From: Phoronis australis
Taxonomy: Eukaryota; Animalia; Phoronida
Assembly (NCBI GenBank): GCA_002633005.1
Contig: NMRA01000463.1
Span: forward strand, 1 to 64,000
Direction: 5' to 3'
DNA length: 64,000 nucleotides
The first letter of the stretch is position 1; each line of letters opens with the position of its first letter. A program made the translations under genes and the position numbers. Of the stretch, positions 23,801 through 36,014 are shown one piece after another. The notes below the pieces were generated by a model. That model made no database searches and had not been told where the DNA came from. It worked only from the letters and a program-made list of their open reading frames with translations.

Positions 23801-26800
23801 AGCAAACAGGGCATGCCCATTGCTAAACAATGGTATCAATAACGTGACCAAATTTTGTTAAATATAAATCTGCGATATGAGATTTCCAAAATGCTGTACC
23901 TTTTTTCACAAAAGTCGTTAAAAGTCCTATTTTTGGTGGCCAATCATGCTAACGTCGAAAACTCCTGACAGCGTTTTGGAGAACAGTGCATAAAGTATGG
24001 TGTATGAAAGTTATGAATATGATAGGCCATTTCTGAGATGTGATGTTCAAAAGTTTGCCAAATTTGGCCTTTTTTGAGGGTTCTAGATAACCTTAATATT
24101 TTGTTGGTCCCAGTTGTTCAACTGGTTACTGTTTCGCCAAAATCTTCCGTCGTGCTTTTGTTTTTGTTCAATGATTTAGTGGCAGATATTTGTCTGCACT
24201 TAACGTTCGGTCTGCTGCCCATGTACATCTGCTTTCCATATTACTCAGGAGGCTTTGCCCAGACTTGAACTTCTTCCAATCACCCACCGAGTTCCCTTGC
24301 GAGGCTGTTGTGGACAAAAATGCAAACATTGAAAATCTACGGAAGCGTGTCGAAACATCGGCTTTAAAAGCACAACATGTTGGGAGAAACTGGTGTGGTA
24401 TTACAAATGTGAGTACTGATCATTGCGTGAAGTAGCTAAGAACACGTCAACAGTTTTCAATATTAAAAAGATTACTTCTGACTATAAAACTGGTTTCAAT
24501 CTGCTATTTGTTAGTCCAGAGAAAATTCATTTATGGACGCAGAAAGTACTACAATTTTGTTATTGGTCGACGCCACGCTCAGTGTATAATGAGAGCCAGT
24601 GTGCCTACTTTGTAAGCCTGGTCTCAAATAACTCCAGAAATCAGCACTGATCTTAATAAGGAACAGTTAAGCTCTAATTTAATCTTAGATGTCTGATGGA
24701 AGGCAGACTTAAGCAGCTTTAGCTTATCTTAGAAAGTTTTAATACCACCTCTTCACAACTTGAAAGGAAGAATTACTCAATCTGTAAAAATTGTCTAATT
24801 TGAGACAAAAATACTTAATCGCTATATTTCACAGGCTTTACATAATTATTGAGCAAGTGGTCAATTATTTGTTTGTGACGGTTTTAAAGTAAGTACCATG
24901 ATAATGCTTTGTAAAATCTAATTTTTGAAATTTGCTTCTTGTATCCATTTACAGCAATCGTCAACCTTTATTAAATAACTTTTTAAGTCATAATTTTAGA
25001 CCATGAATATATTCTTTAAAATTCTTAATGAGTGCAGAATCTTGTTTTATGTGCATAGACATAATGCCAGACTATTTGATTTATCTCCCAAACATTTTTA
25101 AGTCTGGTCAGCACGTCAGCTGTCGGCCACATCGCGTGACCTAATGAATATAAGTCCGAAAAGATTCCTGCACCCGACCGAGTCTCGAACCTGGAATCTT
25201 CTGCTAGGCAAGCAGACCCCACTTAAATACTGTTTGAGATATAATTAATTTTCCAGGCCAATTTGAAATTTAAACAATGAGTTAATATTTCCTCGTCAAA
25301 ATTTTTGCAAATAGTCTTTGAAAAAATTGAAGTTCTGATTTTCGATGTTTCATTTTGGGCTCATCCATTCACAGATCCACGCTGAGTTATCAAACAATTT
25401 TCTTCTCAGCCAGGACCAGAAACCCCGTGCTAAGCTTGTTAAGTTACACAATCCAACCAGGACAGTGGTATACTAGAAGCACGGTCCACATTAACTGCTT
25501 TCACGGACATAGCATGTCAATTTCAATAGTCCTGTCATGTGCAAGTGACACCCTTGATTTACTGTCTGCGAAATTTAAGCCAATATACAGACTACTTATC
25601 CGCTTCAACTCCAAAATGTCAGAGTTCGAGCTAAAACGCGCTGGAAATTTAGAATTCATTGTCTTTATCGAGTTTGTTTCACGCGACCAACTACTGAAGT
25701 CTCCATGTTTCTGAGACCTAAATTTGCTGCTCAAGGAGGCTGCTATGGTTTTTCCTAGGCATTCTTTGATAGCTAATCACTACACAAGTGGTCTTTGATC
25801 CATTTACAGCTGGTGTCGAACGACAAGCGCAAGAATCACGTGGACGAGTACACTGTCCTGTTAGAGGAAGGTCAAGAGGCTCATTGGGAGGTCGTGGAGA
25901 GGATACTGTTCATCTATGGCAAGCTAAACCCCGGACTGAAGTATATACAGGGAATGAATGAGATTATTGGACCCATATACTACACCTTTGCCTCCGACCC
26001 GAATAAGGAATGGAGAGGTTCGTGGTTGAGGGGAGTGCAGCGTTGTGATTTTGAAAGTTTGGTAATGCGTGCGCGGCTGCGTTGAGATTTTGATATTTTA
26101 GAATTTTATTATCGAATGTTTCTTTTACTAAATACTCCCTCCGTCAAGATTGGCATTCCTTATAATATCTGTTTGCTAAATGCTTATCCTGCGAAACCGT
26201 GAATTCTTGAAATCCTTAATGCTAACTGGATGAATGTAATGGCCAGATATTTGTAGGCACTGGGTTGTTCACCAAGTTTTTTCCTTCCACAGAATGTAAA
26301 TAATTCCACACAACTCATTTGAACTTATAGACAGTTTTGTTATGAGATTTCTAAAAAAATGGTGTGATTGGGCTTAGGAATGGAAGCCTACTTAACTGAC
26401 GATACGTCTGTCAAAAATGAGGACTTCTTTTTCTGACTGTCCCTTTTCCTGCAACTGTGGTTGCCAGAAAAATAATTTGTAGTGTTTATTACAAGTATTC
26501 AAGGCCATTGGCCCTTGGTACAATTACAGCAATTAACGTTTTTATACTAGAGAGGCACAAAGTACATTAATTTTCTTTATGTTACGACAATCTCTTACAA
26601 AATGAAAGGTAAATGAAACTAATAACACCTTTGTCAGGGTTCTTCATCCAACTAATAAATTTATTGAAACTGGGACAGTTATATGATAGGTAGCATGAAT
26701 TCAAGTTATGAAGATCTCTCTGAACGATGAACAAAAAACACTGTCCTGTGGCAACAAACACAAGAACACCATTTACTGTTTTGTGAGTTATATTCCCTGT

Positions 26801-29800
26801 GAGGCTTTGTTACAGGAGGCATTCTTGTAAATAGATGGCTGCTATGTTGTGCCTGTTGACATCTATACTAGAATATAAGCCTGTACTACATCTTGACATT
26901 TTAATGATGCAGATATACGTAATATTCCTTACACGTTTACCTTTTTGTGATCATCAAGAATTAGAAAAATATATGGTTTCACATGTTGACATTGGCATTT
27001 TTGGAAGAATTCCGTGAAGTTATTTCTTGACGGTACTGCATTTGTCCAGAAGTTAGCCACATGTGTGTCTGATTTCTGCGAGCTTATTATAAGTTGTTCT
27101 GCGTTGCTCTTGTAGCAGTTTTAGCTTTGTAGATTATCCATACATGTAGTTTCTATGGTGATGTAATTCTTTTGCTTGATGTGTTTAGTTACTGAAACGG
27201 ATGACTCGATATCCACTAGGTGACGTTAATGAATAAAGGTCCCTCCTTTTGGTATCTGAATAGAAGTTGAGGGAAGAAAGCAGGTCATCAGCACGCGGCA
27301 GCTGTGTGATAAGGGATCCATGTGATTTACCTTAATGTAGACATTTCAATGGGAAGGTCGATTGCAACACTTAGGCAATTTCGAGCTCTCTCTCGGGTAC
27401 TCTTGTGGTGATTACTTGCATTAGTGTTGTTTTTGGTCATTCACTTATTGGATGTTTATTTGTTGAAGTATTTTTTATTTTGTGTTTGCGTTTGCAGAAC
27501 ACGCAGAGGCGGATGCCTTTTACTGTTTCACAAGTGTCATGGCCGAGATCAGGGACAACTTTATTAAAACATTAGATGACTCCGATTGTGGTATTGGTGA
27601 GTTTGCTTTATTAATGCACAATCCAAAATGCTACAAAAAGACCATTAACCATGTTATCAGAAATTTGGTTGTTGAAGTCTAACGGATGAATACAGTATGT
27701 CCTTGACCTTTGTTGTTGGCCGTCTGCTTTGTCATATCATGGCCGCCACTAACCAGATTGCATCTGTTAGTGCTCTATAATGGCCAAAGAGGGCATCACG
27801 CATTGTTGGTAGGTGATTCACATCTCTGAGTTATGACTGCCGAGACTATGGGGTGTGTATTGCATCATTTATCAGATTTTGTTTAATTTGTGGGGCATGG
27901 TCTGTTAGGTGATTATGTTAATATGAAATTCTGAAACAGGAAAGTAAACCTTGGGTGTTTTCATAGCCTGAAATTGTCGCTTGTAGCTGTTTCGTATCAG
28001 CACATGTGCAAATGTTTTTGAAAACAGCTACGGCATTTGGTCAATGGTTGGTTAAAATCATGGCTATCTGCGTGGCAGGTCTCAGAACCCTTACACGAAA
28101 TCGTTCTCAATCCACGATCTCATTTCATGCTTTAGCATTGTTATCAGAGGGATATTCTAACATTTTTAATGATATGCTCAGTTTGAGAATCACACGACAC
28201 GCTGTTCTGATTGAGGTTGTAACATACGCAGGTATGAAATCCTCTGCTGGACAATTTGAGGGGACAGAAATATTTCAGGTATTCAGATACATCCCTTTTT
28301 GTTGCTATAACCCAAACTAATTACACAAAATAAAGCCTACATTGTGTAGCAAACCGACAGGGTTGCCTTGTCTTTTCTCAAAATATACACCATGAACAAA
28401 ATCAATCAATATTTTATTTGTTTACTAAATCTTAGCCAACAACCCATGAGCTTAAACCAGAATAACATTTTGGATAACGAATTAAGATAGATTGAAGTTG
28501 CTTTTCCTTTATTTGGTTGGCGAAACCAAGAATTTCGTTGTCAAAAACGTCCTCGTAAATCAGGTCTTTTTTCACCCAAATGCTAGATAAAAAATACATA
28601 GAATATGAGGAGGCATTGTGGCCTAGTGAGATAAGTTGGAGTCTCACGGGGGCACACTGCTAGACCCTTGAGTCAGGTTCTAGCTCCTCAGCTCAGTTTT
28701 TAACTATATCATAAAAATGGTTCCAGGTGATCAGTGCAATACGCTCACCTGAGCAGCTTGCACACGTCTGGTACAACATGCACTAGAGCATCTGCAATTA
28801 TTTTTTATGTAATAAGATGGCTACTATTTACTTTCCTCCGCTTATTAGTAGTACTTTTGTAAATAAACTGTACAATGTCGGCTCTTGACAAATCCTTGAT
28901 GCACAAAACTCACGGCTAAATATTTAACCATTCTTTCTGTCTTAAATCTGTTTCAATGCTGACGAAATGTCAACGAAATCTTGACAGGTGTTGCTCTGCC
29001 TACTTTATTGAAATCGCGACAAATTTCTGTGCAATGTCATTCACAAATCGTCTGGGCACAGCAGCTTTACGTTACACTCGAAATAAGTTTTGACAAAAAC
29101 ACGTCTATTTTATTGATTGTTGTTCATTAAAACTCAAATTGAATGTAAGTGGAATTATGCCCAGTGTATGTATTGGCAACACTTGTATATCACCACAGTG
29201 ACGCTATGGACATTCTTGTTCTCCAAGATTGAAATAGATTGTAAGAGAATCATTTTGAAGCTTGTATAATATATAGTGCATTTTGCTGATGATGAAGGTA
29301 TAGACTATAAACTATAAGGTATAAACTATTTCACCCATCTTGTACGCCAGTTAAGTATTGGTTTGGGATGTGTCAAGCCATATCATTGACTACTGCAAGT
29401 TGGTACATGGCTTTGTTCGGCAGTAAGTTAGAAAACTACCAAAATGGCCGCCACCGAGACGTGATTCCTCAACGAGGCCAGAACGCTGCATAAGCAAACT
29501 AAGATTTTGTTTTTCGGTGCCATTATCAAAAATTCTCATGGCTTTTACATAACATGACCCAGGTTACTCGATCTCGAACATCCTGGCATTTTTAGTCCGT
29601 CTGCTTCAGGAGCCATGATGCATCGGTTTATGCAGATGTTACAGCAGAAAGACGTGACTCTTTATAATAGACTGACGGAGCAGGACATGAAGCCGCAGTT
29701 CTTTGCCTTCCGCTGGATCACGCTAATGCTTTCTCAGGAGTTCCCACTCCCCGGTGAGTTTCATTCACGTGTGAACGGGTTTTTTTTCTGTAGCCGCGGG

Positions 29801-32800
29801 CAGCAGTTTCTTTTCGCAATTTTCATTACAGCTCAGTATAGGTGCTTGTCAAGTCGCGTTGAAAAAGCATGCTTCAGTCTGCAATAAAGCACGTTTAACA
29901 AATTGCGCCTACTCACAGTGAACTCTAATCAAGTACTCTCTCAAATTAGACTGTCGTAAATGTGTCATATTCAGAACCTATTAAAAGGCTTTGCCTAAAG
30001 TCAAGAATTTAAAGCTATTTAAGTGAGTCCATCACATGTCACTTGTAGTGTCACAGTAAGATAAGGTTTCAACTGTTAATAGGGGTTGTAGTGTAACCTG
30101 CAATTTTTTAATTAGGTTGCAATAAAATTTTGAAACGGGTGACCAACTCTGATTTTCTGGAGTCTTTATGGCTCTTAAAGTACCTGGGTTTTATTCTGAT
30201 TGACCCATTTAGACCTAACGTGTTAGGAGTATTTTGGTATCGATTTCGTGTGTTAGTTAAACAACATGTTTTTTAACCAGCTAAACAGAATGAACACAGT
30301 CATTCTTAAAAAATTGTACTTTGACATCTATGGAATGCTTTACATCATTTTGACTGGTTACAAATTTTTTTCAGAATTTGCAAAATAAGCAACTTTAGTC
30401 AACATGAAAGCTACTGAACGTTATTTTTTTAGTTGTTTTTCAACAAGTTTTTGTCCTTGAATACTCTAATTCTTTTCTGAAAAATAGTCTGGAGAAATGA
30501 TTTGTAATAACTTGTTGACAAAAGTTGTTTGTGTGATATCTTCATCAAGTAAAAACTAATAAAGTCTTTGCTCGTTAACGTTCATTTGCATGGAGAACTA
30601 ATGAAGCTGGTCTTCATAATCTCTCATTAGCTATCGTTAGTGTTAGCCGTCCCGTGTACTTCGTGGCTCAGGCATTCAACGTGCTAATGTTTGTTATTAT
30701 AAGTGGATGTCGCATTGTGTGAAAATCTCTCTTTGGTACAGTTATTTGTGTGCAATCGTGTTGAAAATGTTTGGAGAAAATTTTACCTGAGCGTACTAAC
30801 ACTGAAATCTCACCAAGTTAGGCCCCCGTGGAAAGCAGTGCGAACTGAAGGGGCTACCCTCGGTGTAAAATTTACATTACTAAATAAATAAATAATAAAT
30901 AAATCAATAAAGAAATTTTAATTTTGTCATCTTCAAGATCTATACCGTATCTCCCATCAGTCAATGTTTTGGGTATCTAAAAGTTTTTTGGAATTCATTC
31001 TTTGATGTTGTGCAGCCATAAATTGTTAATGCTGTTAATGTTTATGTAGGAAATTATTGGCAAGTCTTCATGTCTAGAGAAATAAACTACTGATTTTGAC
31101 TCGGCAAAAGTATATATTTTCTGCAAGTAGAAAGCTGATTTGACTCTATGAAGTTTTACCACTCCGCCATTAATTCGGTGATCTGGTGACCATGTCTTAT
31201 TATTAAGGTTTAATGAAAAAGAAACTTTAAGGAACAATCGTAACAAAAAGATCAACGGTTCAAACTTCATGTGATACAAATGTTCAAGATGGGATCTCAA
31301 AAATACAGTTACAGTTTTCTAAAATATCATCTGGTTTTTATTTCATTCAACTTTAAAATTTTTTTTCATGAAAATCATGAAAGTTCTGATTTTAATAACC
31401 CCTCATGCAAAAGTGAAACATTTTAAGACAATCCCTAACAGGGTTTTAGAGAACAGTGCGTCAAGCTAGGCAGACAATGCCACCATCTCTACTTACCAGT
31501 TGAAACCGTGGCACTCTCATATGGCGTTCATGCGCCGGAAGTTTTTCGGCAAATTATGCCTCACACTGATTAAACCATCAAAGTCACGACGCAATAAGTT
31601 CCTTCGCACGCAGAGGGACACCTCAGGAGGCTGTCGATGTCTTTAATTTCTTCAAACTGAAACCAATACTCCGGTAGTCCAACTTCGTTTTGAGCATCTC
31701 TTCGTTCTGTTGCCCAAATCGGCAACTGGCCGTTTTACACGGCGCACGCCAGAAGATATGATGCCATCGACGGCCTCCTAGGGGTTTCCCTCTGCGCTGC
31801 ACTTATAGCAGCATGACTTTTATGGCTTAATCAGGATAAGCCATAATTTGCTGAAAAACTTCCGGCATATAGGTTACATTAGACTGTGCCATCTATTGAA
31901 AGCTTAGTATCTGAACATTTCGTATGAATCCGATTAGCCATTTTGAGGTGTTCCGAAGTTCGCCAAACTTAGACATTTTTCTGAAGTCCTACATTACCTA
32001 AAAGTTTCCTACATGCTGAACCAGTGACAAATTATCCATTTTGCCTGACCGTGACCGTTGAACTGAATGACTGCATTGTTTTTTAGATGTCCTTCGGCTG
32101 TGGGACTCATTTTTTGCCGATCCAGATCGCTTCGACTTTCTGCTCTGTGTTTGCTGTGGCATGCTCATGTAAGTAGGTCGATATCTCATAGATTCCAGTA
32201 ATGGTACAGTGGTATGATAGTATTTCACCTAGCACTTAGAACAGCATACTGCTACAACGGGAAATTTAATTTCATCAAACTTTTGAGCAAGCATGTAAAA
32301 GAAAAATGGAATCTTGTTCCATCATAATTTTGTTTGTGTTTTACAGCTGTCATCAATTAACATTTATATTACAGTTATTCTCTCTTTCATTTGCTCAAAA
32401 ATAATTGCCGAAATTGTCTTTTTCTTCGTTTTTCAAAAGCTGGTCACTGAGGTTTTGGTGGGATATAACGTGCCCGAATTTTAGGAACCAGTTTTCTCCA
32501 CTGATTGATAGACATCAAATTCGTTCTCAAAATATGGGCACGTTATGTCCAACTATTGCTCATTATAAAACCTTTACCAACTGTTATGTATGGCATCTAC
32601 ACACTGAAACAAAAAAAGCCAAAATTTCCGAAGTCTCTATTTTTCTGGAGAAGTTTTGTCAGCTTAGAATTTTTTTGTCAGTTAATGTTGTGTGCTAAAT
32701 AATCACGTATTCTTAGCACGATTGTCAGCCTGTGGAAATTGAAATTTGACAATCTTCGCAAATGTTTCTTACGACTGAAGGTGCTCATTTATTACCAAAG

Positions 32801-35793
32801 TTATTTCCTCGCCTCTTCTTGATCACTACAAATATAAGGCAAATGCGAAGTCATGACTAGTCTTTGAATTTTTGAAAATCAAGTCAGTTGTGATGGTATT
32901 ATCATTTCAGTTGCTCACTTTTTCAAAGAGATCCACCTGAGATAATCAAAAAAAGGCATGGGATTTATGCATTATTTTTGCCTCATCACTTGGAAAATCA
33001 CGATATTTCAAACCTTGTCCATGTGGCTTTGTGCAGCTTGGCTGAAATTGCTGCTGGTGGATATTTGTTAAGTTGATGAGCGCAGGTCTCAAAATCAGTC
33101 GGGTAGAGACAAGAATTAGCTATTTTTTTGCTTGGCCTTATTGGGCAAGTTGCCATATCTTGGTGTGGTGGCTTATTTCACTTACAACAAAAATTACAAG
33201 AAATAGCATGTTTTTGAGTGTCCTGATGGTCACGTGAAATATCATGGCGTAATGGCTAATTTAAATTGGCTCAGTTACAACAAACCTTACCAAAATATTG
33301 TAACTCATCCTGATTCTAATATGAAATATCTGAGCTTCAACCCTGTCTTACCGTGTTTGACAGCTGCAATGTTGGTGAAATCTATTTGCACCCAGCCGTC
33401 ACAACAAACAATTCCAGCCAGTCGTTCCATTATATGTTGTTTATACATTAGTTAGATTTCACCAACTTAGGCCACAATATGACTGACGTAAAATTTTGTC
33501 TTATTTTTGTTTTTCCGTGACGGTGAAGTAGCCCAAACTAAAAGGCTTCATCGCTCTTCTCCTGTATGCCATAACTACTGTTGGACAGTGTTATGAGACA
33601 ATGTGCACATTCGCAAAAACATTACGGGCCTTTGAAAAATGAAAAAGACGGGTTACCGCCATTATTTTTTGTTTGTAATTGTTGAGTTCATAGCGTTCTG
33701 TATAAGTAACAGTAGCGGAAGGATGTTTGAAGACTCCTACATTTGGAGCCCTAAGTTATAAATTTCTGCAAGACTCGCCCGTCTCTCATAACACTCTCAC
33801 TTCTTGTAGACAGTGTTTTTGTCAAGTGCATGTACACAATGTAGTCTAGTGTACTTAGCCAACGTGTAGTATAGCACAAGACAAAAGTAATCAAACAAAA
33901 CACCATTTCCCTGTCATGATGAATGATTTTTTTAACAGTAAAAATGCTGGTCATATCTGTTATGGGGCAGATTTCTGTTTACAGAAAAGATTGGTAACCT
34001 CACTAACTTTCCTGTTAATTCATTCTCAGCCATCAGGGCTTGGAATTTTTACTCTTTTAAGAGGATCTTGTTTTTTGGCTTTGATTTCCTAAATATTTGA
34101 TTTCCTATTTCCTCTTCTTTCATCTTTTTTACCATAATTTTGACTTTCATGCCAAAGCGTTTATTTCACTTAAATTTTACAGTGCAAGAAATATTTCTGT
34201 CATGCAAATGTATTTATTTGGGGAACGATGCGCCATCTGGAAATTTTTGTTTTTTGCCATTGGTCATTTCAATCGTTTAGTCATGAGGGAAGGTTACTCT
34301 GATCATGAATTCTACCTCCACGTGACAGAGACTTCCAGGTTATTTTGTCAGTTGGCTTATACTGTACTTACTTTCATAGCTCTTGTTAATTTCAGGTTGG
34401 TTCGAGACAGCTTACTAAAGAACGATTTTACACACAATATGAAACTCGTTCAGGTAATTATTGGTATGTGGTACAGGCACACAAAGTCTGTCTGTACCTT
34501 GAAACTATTAAACAAATGTTAATGGAAGTCTGTCAAAAATATTCACACGAAAATCAAATTTTTTTGCTCCAAGATTCTTTCAAGTTTTGAACAGGAGCCT
34601 CAAAGGTTTTGTCGAATTTTACGTTTTTCTTAAAAACTGTATTCTGTCGATTCTTGAGAATTTCTTACACGAAAATTTTAACGCATGTCTCCGCGCTGAT
34701 GCTTGTTGTTATGTTGAGCGATTAAAATGTTTTGCTGCATTTTCTCTTTCCTTTGCTTACCTCTTTTGTTGCCAACGCTCTAATTAGAAAGTTAACGTTA
34801 GTGCTAATGAGCGCTGATCTTCTGACGAGGTTTAATTATTGAACATTTAAGGAGGCATTATCATCTCTTCAGTAAAAAAGGCATTGTTTTGAGTATTGCA
34901 GGATGAGCTAGACTCTTTGAACAGACTGAAGTTATTTGGTTTAGTCAGGGTAATAGTAAAACAACAAAATCCATGTTTTTGTGATTTCGTTATGATTTAC
35001 AAATGGCCTATTCTTGTAGTCATCTGCTAAACATTTAGTAAGTCCAGTGTCTACAAATACCTGTAAAATACTCTGCTTTTTTAATGCCTGGAATTTGGCT
35101 CGGCGATAGTATTTGACTGGCTTTGGGTTGGATTCCATGCTACTGCTAATTTTTGTATTAAAATTATCTTTCTTATTCTTTTGAAACTTCTGTATTTTTT
35201 GCCTTTGTAAGAAAATTTAGCTTTTGACTTTGTCCACGTAGACTTATACGTTTGTCTCAGTTTGTTCCTTTCTGAGATGGCAAGGGATTTCTGGGCTTGA
35301 GAAAAAAATATTGCGTTGCTATTGCTTGATGCCATCAAGTTGAGGCCAAGCTGTTTAGGCTGGACTCTAGCAATAATGAACTGTGATCAGTTCTTACCAG
35401 AAATCTTCTTCCGGAATTCAACAAGCGATCAAAGTACCAATCCTTATTTGCTGACGTGTGTTAGTGAAAAATTTTGAACTGTGTATAACTGAAAATAATG
35501 TCAAAGCAAAGTGCGGGTTGATGAAAACAAGTTTTTATTACTGTTCACTGAGTGAGGTTAATGTTTGAGACCAATTTCAGAACAACTGACCTAAATCCAA
35601 CAACATTTTTACCAAAGGTTGATTTTTCATAGCTTAAATTTGTGGCTTCTCTGCAAGAGTTTGATGAATCCTCTATGAAAATCCTGTTAATACTATTATA
35701 CTTTTACAAGAATTCTTTAATTTTTTGTAGAATTATCCCGAGATGGACATACACCGGGTGCTAGCGATGGCGGTGCGCGTATCCAAAAGCTGA
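17857..35793 (+). CDS. TBC1D13: TBC1 domain family member 13 (Rab GTPase-activating protein); complete, 12 coding exons, 1188 nt, 395 aa
   Basis: Exons 17857-17876, 20553-20626, 21653-21755, 22829-22922, 23218-23300, 24249-24408, 25810-26017, 27498-27596, 29610-29753, 32087-32168, 34396-34453, 35731-35793; GT-AG, phases consistent. Motifs CWKILLNYLP, DHPLNPNPDS, QIDKDCRRL (Arg finger), YIQGMNE (Gln finger), FAFRWITL, RLWDSFF. Confidence 0.96.
18490..18835 (+). mobile_element. LINE (CR1/L2/Jockey-group) ORF2 C-terminus and 3' tail remnant
   Basis: Frame reads RSRNSNSHTFERLYIHTAYYANSFFPSTILLWDRLS...IEIFTSHI, stop 18688-18690; resembles the SFFPRTIxxWNxLP end motif of these RTs. Confidence 0.7.
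19272..19629. mobile_element. MITE family E, 5'-truncated copy
   Basis: ATTTTCTACTCTACTTTTG...GATTAGAGACTGGGCC then CAG, shared with the 54670 copy. Confidence 0.75.
20553..20626 (+). CDS. TBC1D13: TBC1D13 exon 2
   Basis: ttgcag|LEEYERILQADHIKYKVLADLCFT G|gtaagt. Confidence 0.88.
21653..21755 (+). CDS. TBC1D13: TBC1D13 exon 3
   Basis: ttgcag|CPHERGVRALCWKILLNYLP...LEKQ AG|gtgaga. Confidence 0.93.
21824..21929. mobile_element. ~105-bp hairpin MITE family D
   Basis: CAATAG...TTGAGAACCAGTTT loop AAACTGGTTCTCA...CTATTG; copies near 5048-5107, 23508-23608 and 32458-32558 (inverted). Confidence 0.8.
22310..22715. repeat. Degenerate ~31-bp minisatellite
   Basis: Recurrent GTCATAGCCATCTATATCTTACTTACCTGC-like units. 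Confidence 0.65.
22829..22922 (+). CDS. TBC1D13: TBC1D13 exon 4
   Basis: gcacag|TCYQEFINDMIIKPG...DVTFADH|gtaagt. Confidence 0.93.
23218..23300 (+). CDS. TBC1D13: TBC1D13 exon 5
   Basis: ttccag|PLNPNPDSQWKAYFQDNDMLLQIDKDC AG|gtgagg. Confidence 0.94.
24249..24408 (+). CDS. TBC1D13: TBC1D13 exon 6
   Basis: actcag|RLCPDLNFFQ...LRKRVE...GITN|gtgagt. Confidence 0.94.
25100..25225 (-). mobile_element. tRNA-derived SINE fragment
   Basis: Minus strand CCAGGTTCGAGACTCGG T-arm/B box; no acceptor stem. Confidence 0.4.
25810..26017 (+). CDS. TBC1D13: TBC1D13 exon 7
   Basis: ttacag|LVSNDK...EAHWEVVERILFIYGKLNPGLKYIQGMNEIIGPIYYTFASDPNKEWR G|gttcgt. Confidence 0.94.
27498..27596 (+). CDS. TBC1D13: TBC1D13 exon 8
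   Basis: ttgcag|(E)HAEADAFYCFTSVMAEIRDNFIKTLDDSDCGI G|gtgagt. Confidence 0.94.
28608..28805 (+). mobile_element. SINE remnant, same family as 735-930
   Basis: A-box-like TGTGGCCTAGTG; TGCTAGACCCTTGAGTCAGGTTCTAGCTCCTCAGCTC; tail GCAATTATTTT. Confidence 0.55.
29610..29753 (+). CDS. TBC1D13: TBC1D13 exon 9
   Basis: cttcag|AMMHRF...KPQFFAFRWITLMLSQEFPLP G|gtgagt. Confidence 0.94.
30800..30910 (+). mobile_element. Retroposon 3' tail ending in (TAAA)n
   Basis: GC-rich stem GGCCCCC...GGGGCT followed by TAAATAAATAAATAATAAATAAATCAATAAA. Confidence 0.5.
31509..31891. mobile_element. Foldback element nested in dispersed repeat G
   Basis: GCCGGAAGTTTTTCGGCAAATTATG / CATAATTTGCTGAAAAACTTCCGGC and GGAGGCTGTCGATG / CATCGACGGCCTCC. 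Confidence 0.8.
32087..32168 (+). CDS. TBC1D13: TBC1D13 exon 10
   Basis: ttttag|(D)VLRLWDSFFADPDRFDFLLCVCCGML AT|gtaagt. Confidence 0.94.
34034..34278. mobile_element. MITE family B copy, decayed right end
   Basis: CAGGGCTTGGAATTTTTACTCTTTTAAGAGG is the reverse complement of the 5817 end. Confidence 0.75.
34396..34453 (+). CDS. TBC1D13: TBC1D13 exon 11
   Basis: tttcag|LVRDSLLKNDFTHNMKLVQ|gtaatt. Confidence 0.92.
35731..35793 (+). CDS. TBC1D13: TBC1D13 last coding exon
   Basis: tttgtag|NYPEMDIHRVLAMAVRVSKS-TGA. Confidence 0.9.
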   Translation, partial: NYPEMDIHRVLAMAVRVSKS

Positions 35794-35858
35794 ACCCGTT
35801 CTTATTTATTTTTTAGCAGGTGAGACATTTTTTCTTATTGAAATTTTGGTATATTTTA

Positions 35859-36014
35859 CATAGGCTGATCCAGGAGGGGTAAAGGGGTCCCGACCCCTTT
35901 TTTCCTTGATTTTAGTAATATTACATATGGAATTTTCAAATTGTTGACTTGGATCCTCTTTTAAAAAATCCTTGATCCAATCTCTCCTTTTAAAAAATCC
36001 TGAATCCGCTCCAG
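35859..36014. mobile_element. Degenerate GATCCAGG-type MITE just after the TBC1D13 stop
   Basis: CATAGGCTGATCCAGGA...TCCTGAATCCGCTCCAG, flanked by ATTTTA on both sides. Confidence 0.6.

Noticed and set aside
26018-26030. Minor (U12) or non-canonical intron at weak donor GTTCGT
   Set aside because: Still GT-AG and lacks the GTATCCTT signature; no U12 intron seen in any of the three genes.
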